From NCBI GenBank assembly GCA_905178155.1, contig CAJINV010000005.1:1638438-1702437 (forward strand): 64,000 nucleotides of DNA, given 5' to 3'. The stretch is from Amoebophrya sp. A120 (taxonomy: Eukaryota; Protista; Dinoflagellata). Position numbers and translations under genes: made by a program. Shown piece after piece: positions 59,930-64,000 of the stretch. The notes below the pieces were generated by a model. That model had not been told where the DNA came from, ran no database searches, and saw only the letters and a list, made by a program, of their open reading frames with translations. The first letter of the stretch is position 1; each line of letters begins with the position of its first letter.

Positions 59930-60930
59930 CTTTCGATACTTGAATTAGAATTGATTTTCTTGTTAAATGCACTTCTTCCTCAAATAATTATGGTGGTTGC
60001 ATCGGGTGCTCGTGGTTCAGGTGTTGGCTCAGAAGGCTAGTGGTACCTCTCCAGTACTTCCATGCACCCAGTACTTGATCTTCAACACTAGCTGCTCGTC
60101 TTCAAGCCTAATAAATATTATCCCGCTACTTTTGCAGCTTTTCTGCCTGTCACGACTGTCTTCAACATTTTTTGAGTGACACTATTTTTTTGAGCGACCA
60201 CGAACTGCTCTGGTCTTGTTTGCGATTCATTGCACCGGTAATTTACTATAATCCAATGGAGGAAATTATAGAGAGCGAGTAGAGAGAACCAAGAACGAAC
60301 GACCAGCGTGACGCGAGGACAAGCAAAAGCGGCTGCTCAGATGGTGCTCCGACGATCGCGTCCTCCAGTGTCAACGACCTTAGCGGAGCTCCGACTCCGA
60401 TGGCGTCGGTCACTCTACTTCTACTTCTCTCCCTGCCATGTGCGTATTCGCTCGAGAAATCGTGATGCTCACTCCGCTAAAAATGCGCTAATCGTAAGCA
60501 CTTACTCGACGAGAACCTCTACTCGCTCTTTTTTTGCAACGCTCGTACGTGCTAAAAACACGAACACTTCCACAAAACCATCGATCTAATTTGCAAAAGA
60601 AACCCTTCTTCCTTGCCACGGACGGCTGCTTCAATCATGTTTGATTGCTTTCTGCTCGTTTTTATTACTTATTGATTCTTTTCATTTGTTTCAGGATAAC
60701 CAAGCCGAAGCCGCGTTGTAGAATACAAATACGTTCTGACAACTCCAGTTCCCTCTCATATGTTTATGTCCTTCGTATGCTTAGATTCCTATGCGTTGCA
60801 TGTCCGGAAGTACACAAAGAGCAGGCCGCACCTCTTCTCCGGTTCGTTTACTAGAGAAGCACGTTGACCTCCACATGGCTCAACGCTACAGTGTCGCTTT
60901 TCACGAGCAAGTTGCACCCCCACTCGATCT

Positions 60931-63900
60931 TCAATTTAGAAAGTTCAGCAGCAGCTTTATCTTCTCATCCGCCTGGGCCAGTTGCGTCAAACTTTGTTTG
61001 TGCGGCAAGAGCTGCTGCTTCACATGCTGTTTGTAATCCGGGATCTCGCGAATCATGTAGTCTCCACCGTCCGCGCCGTTATGCATCACAAAAGTACAAT
61101 CGCACTATCATGACCATATTGAGGTTGAGAAATTGCATCACATATTTTTTTAGCAACAAACTGGAATTCATGCTGCTGCAGCAGCAGGAGCAGCTTTATC
61201 ACGTAATGAAAAAGAAACTCTGGTAGTTGTACCAACATGCAGTGTATCGATAAATGCAATCTACACGAGTACTAGAAGTCCGATACAACTTTTGTACAAC
61301 AGGATAAGCGTCGGCGTTCGACAGTTTGGAGTTATCCACAGAAAAAAACCCATCCACATCCATTTTTTGCATGACAAACGCAGGATTTTATGTATGTTTT
61401 GCATGACAAATTGGATGTGGATGGGTGTTTTTTCCTGGATAGGAGTACGTGCCTTCGTACACCGTTTGTCCGAAGGTTGGGTCCTCGGCCGCGCCCGGGC
61501 CGTATCCTGTGCAAAAGTGTCTGGGTCTGGAAGATTCTGCGACTTGTCATGCACGTTTTGCATGGGCCATGATGTCTGTGATACATGCCCTAGCATCACA
61601 GACTTTTTGAGGGCTCTGTGATGGCTATTCCGCATGGCAAATGCCCTCTCCGCGTAGCCAAAATTGCATCCCCTTTGCTGCTTATGCAATACAGATTCTT
61701 TTGGAATCCAAATGCAGCATCACAAGTTCGGATTCTTCCAGACCCAGACATTTTTACATTTGATAGGCCGCCCGCCAGGCTGATGTCGGGGATGCCGGGT
61801 ATGCTGACCGCGGGCGTGAGGAGCTGCTGCGCGGACACGACCGAGGAGCTACTCAAGCTGGCGACGCCGAGGAGTTGCGCGAGCTTCACGCACGCAACTT
61901 TCCCGTCCACCCCCTGCTGGAAGAGCAGCTGAGTCAGGGCCACCGCAGCGATTTTACGTTCCGGCGGGGTCTGCATCAAGTCCAGCGCCGCCATCCACAC
62001 GTTCGTCATGATCTGCTGAAACAACCCAGGTTGCATGCGTTCGAGGATGTCGCGGAGGCTCGCCGCGCCACGCTTCCACTGTTTTTTCGTTTATTTTCAT
62101 GTGAAAAAGACCTTCGAAGATCTTCATTTTTATCCGGGTCGTGACTGAGTAGAAGTCCTGCTAGCGTGGTCGCTTGTTGTGCATGTGTTTGCATAATATG
62201 ACGTATACTTTGAATCGCATCTATGGGTCTACGTCAATCTCTATTACTTCTATTTGCTCAAAAAAATCATAAACTTGTCTCCATGATGTTGATACCACGA
62301 AAATACTGGCCGCCAGCACGAAGTGCTTCTTCATCCGGACGTCGCTTTTCCTTGACATCAGTGCGGTTAGTGCAACCTTGAAAATGACGTCCACTGTGGA
62401 GGAATACATTTCGAAGGGGAGGTACGCGAACACCGCACCGAGCAGGTCGAAGGCCATGCCCTCCGTTTTTCGGTTGTTCAAGGTTCCTTCGAACCTCTTC
62501 AGAATCTCCCCCATGTTCTGCTGCAACAGCGCGCGGAAGTGCTCGTGCCGCGAGAGGTAGCTTTTCAGAAACCGAACCAAGGCGGGGATGTTCGGGTGCT
62601 TCGTCCAAAACTCGAGATGCATCAAAGTTTGGAACAGCTGGGAGTACACGGGTTTCACCTGGAGTAGGTGGGGTTGTAAAAATAACATCGGGATAGTGGG
62701 TCATAATTATTTTGGTGTTGACGGTGATGTTCATCCTGGCACATGGAAACCCTGTTCCTGTTCCCAACGCCACCAAAGCTTCAACCGTGCGGCGGTCTAG
62801 GTCTTCATCAAGCGAAAAAAATAATTCAAAAAAAGTTGTAGTTAAAAACCGTATCGGGCAAAACATCAGAAACAGAATCCCACATCGTATAATTTGGTTT
62901 TGCTTTTTACCTCCTTCGTCGAGTCCAGTAGCAATCCGAGCACCTGGAAGACGTACGGTAGGAAATCTTTCATCACCTCCCCCTGAAGGATGAACCCGCA
63001 CACCTTCAGCATCTGCCCCTCGACCTCGTCTAGCTTGCCCGTCGGTTGTGTATGCACCGCAACTACAACCATGTCTTTGTGTGTCCCCCGGGTCTGGAAA
63101 ATAATGAAAATGATCCTCATAATCAATCAATGCAAGGTTTAGGTTTGTCATGGTTTTTATGCTCCGCGCGTATAACAACAATTCTACTGAAGCGGTCTGT
63201 CACGTACAGTACCCAAAGGCCCCATCATGATGCCTCTGTCAAGCCCAAACGCACTTATAATGGAGATGCGAAACAGACAAACCCTGCCACAAGAAACTCA
63301 AAAATTTGTCATGCTTGTCCGTCAATTGCGGCGTGCGCGCGCTGCTCGTGGTCGTGGTCAACCAGCAGCACAATTTTCCAGATATTGACCCAGACTACAT
63401 GATGATAGTTGCGATGCATAATGTGCGACCTTGATGATGACCGCCACGCCCTCGAAGAGAAAGTGGGCGAACGACGGGTGTTTCGGATTTGCCGCAATTT
63501 GTTCCAGGAGCTGCGTCGACTTCTGCAGCATGGGCACCGCGATATCGCCGGCCGAGTGTTTGAGGAACAGAAAAATGCGGACGATGCACCGCATCAAATA
63601 CTCGTTCTGTTCGATTCCCCTTTTCTCCGTCAAGATGTTCACCATGGGCTCGAGCGCGGTTCTGAGCAAGGCGGACAGCTGCTGGGGCTGGAACTTCAGG
63701 TTCCCAACAATAGTTTGCGGTGTTTGCGTTTGGTTCGCCCCACCACTGCTCACGTTGCTGTTTGCCGTGCCCATTTCCCTCACCATGATGATCTTCTCGA
63801 TCGCGTGCGCGGCGCATCACGGTGCACAACTGTCCCTCACGACGGAGCCCCCTCATTTGTCATGCTTAACAGACTTCTGCGCTACCTAGCCCGGGCAGCA

Positions 63901-64000
63901 GGTTCGGGTTTAATTATAGGGAGACCTCCCTTTGGTTTTCATGCAAAATGTCCAACACGCGACCCTTTTCTTCTTGGCAGGGCGTGCATGGCAAGTTCAT
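60931..64000 (-). CDS. CSE1: Exportin-2 / CSE1 (CAS), 3' part; 5' end lies beyond the window
   Basis: NEYLMRCIVR, NPKHPSFAHFLFE, FLPYVFQVLGLLL, NIPALVRFL and ERKIAAVALTQLL match the CAS_CSE1 domain. After introner removal the frame ends ...KLLLNFLN*. Confidence 0.92.
61080..61306. mobile_element. Degenerate introner, family A-like
   Basis: TAT...ATA; DR GCCGT/AGCGT; in frame. Confidence 0.7.
61333..61441. mobile_element. Minimal 109-bp introner (AAAAAA.CCCATCCACATCCA IR)
   Basis: Perfect DR GGAGT; removal gives GTYS|KLSN. Confidence 0.9.
61503..61765. mobile_element. Introner, family C
   Basis: Perfect DR GGCCG; in frame. Confidence 0.92.
63051..63420. mobile_element. Introner (TATGCA.CGCAACTA..A.CATG IR)
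   Basis: TAT...ATA; DR TTGTG/ATGTG; in frame. Confidence 0.8.

Noticed and set aside
105-63420. CRISPR-like repeat/spacer array
   Set aside because: The repeats are inverted and dispersed with variable spacing, there are no cas genes, and the context is eukaryotic.

Overview
Eukaryotic genomic DNA, most likely the parasitic dinoflagellate relative Amoebophrya (Syndiniales). This is inferred from unidirectional gene orientation, Ser/Thr-rich low-complexity inserts and dense non-canonical 'introner' introns. Every recognisable gene is on the minus strand: a Vps41-like HOPS subunit, a cGMP-dependent protein kinase (PKG), an IFT27/RABL4-like GTPase, the 3' part of exportin-2 (CSE1) and several hypothetical genes. 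At least 37 elements sit in these genes (one in unannotated DNA). Most are 109-370 bp and two are ~1.1 kb. They begin TAT and end ATA (a few ends decayed), have terminal inverted repeats (TIRs) and are flanked by a 5-bp direct repeat (DR), which is perfect in 21 cases. Removing the element plus one DR restores conserved reading frames without GT-AG ends. The 6-7 unrelated families share an internal GCAT[G/T/C]ACAA(A)T motif and occur in both orientations. A degenerate 12.7-kb Ty1/copia LTR retrotransposon (485-bp LTRs, 4-bp TSD) carries an extra DUF4326-like domain between protease and integrase. All coordinates were read by eye and no database searches were run.
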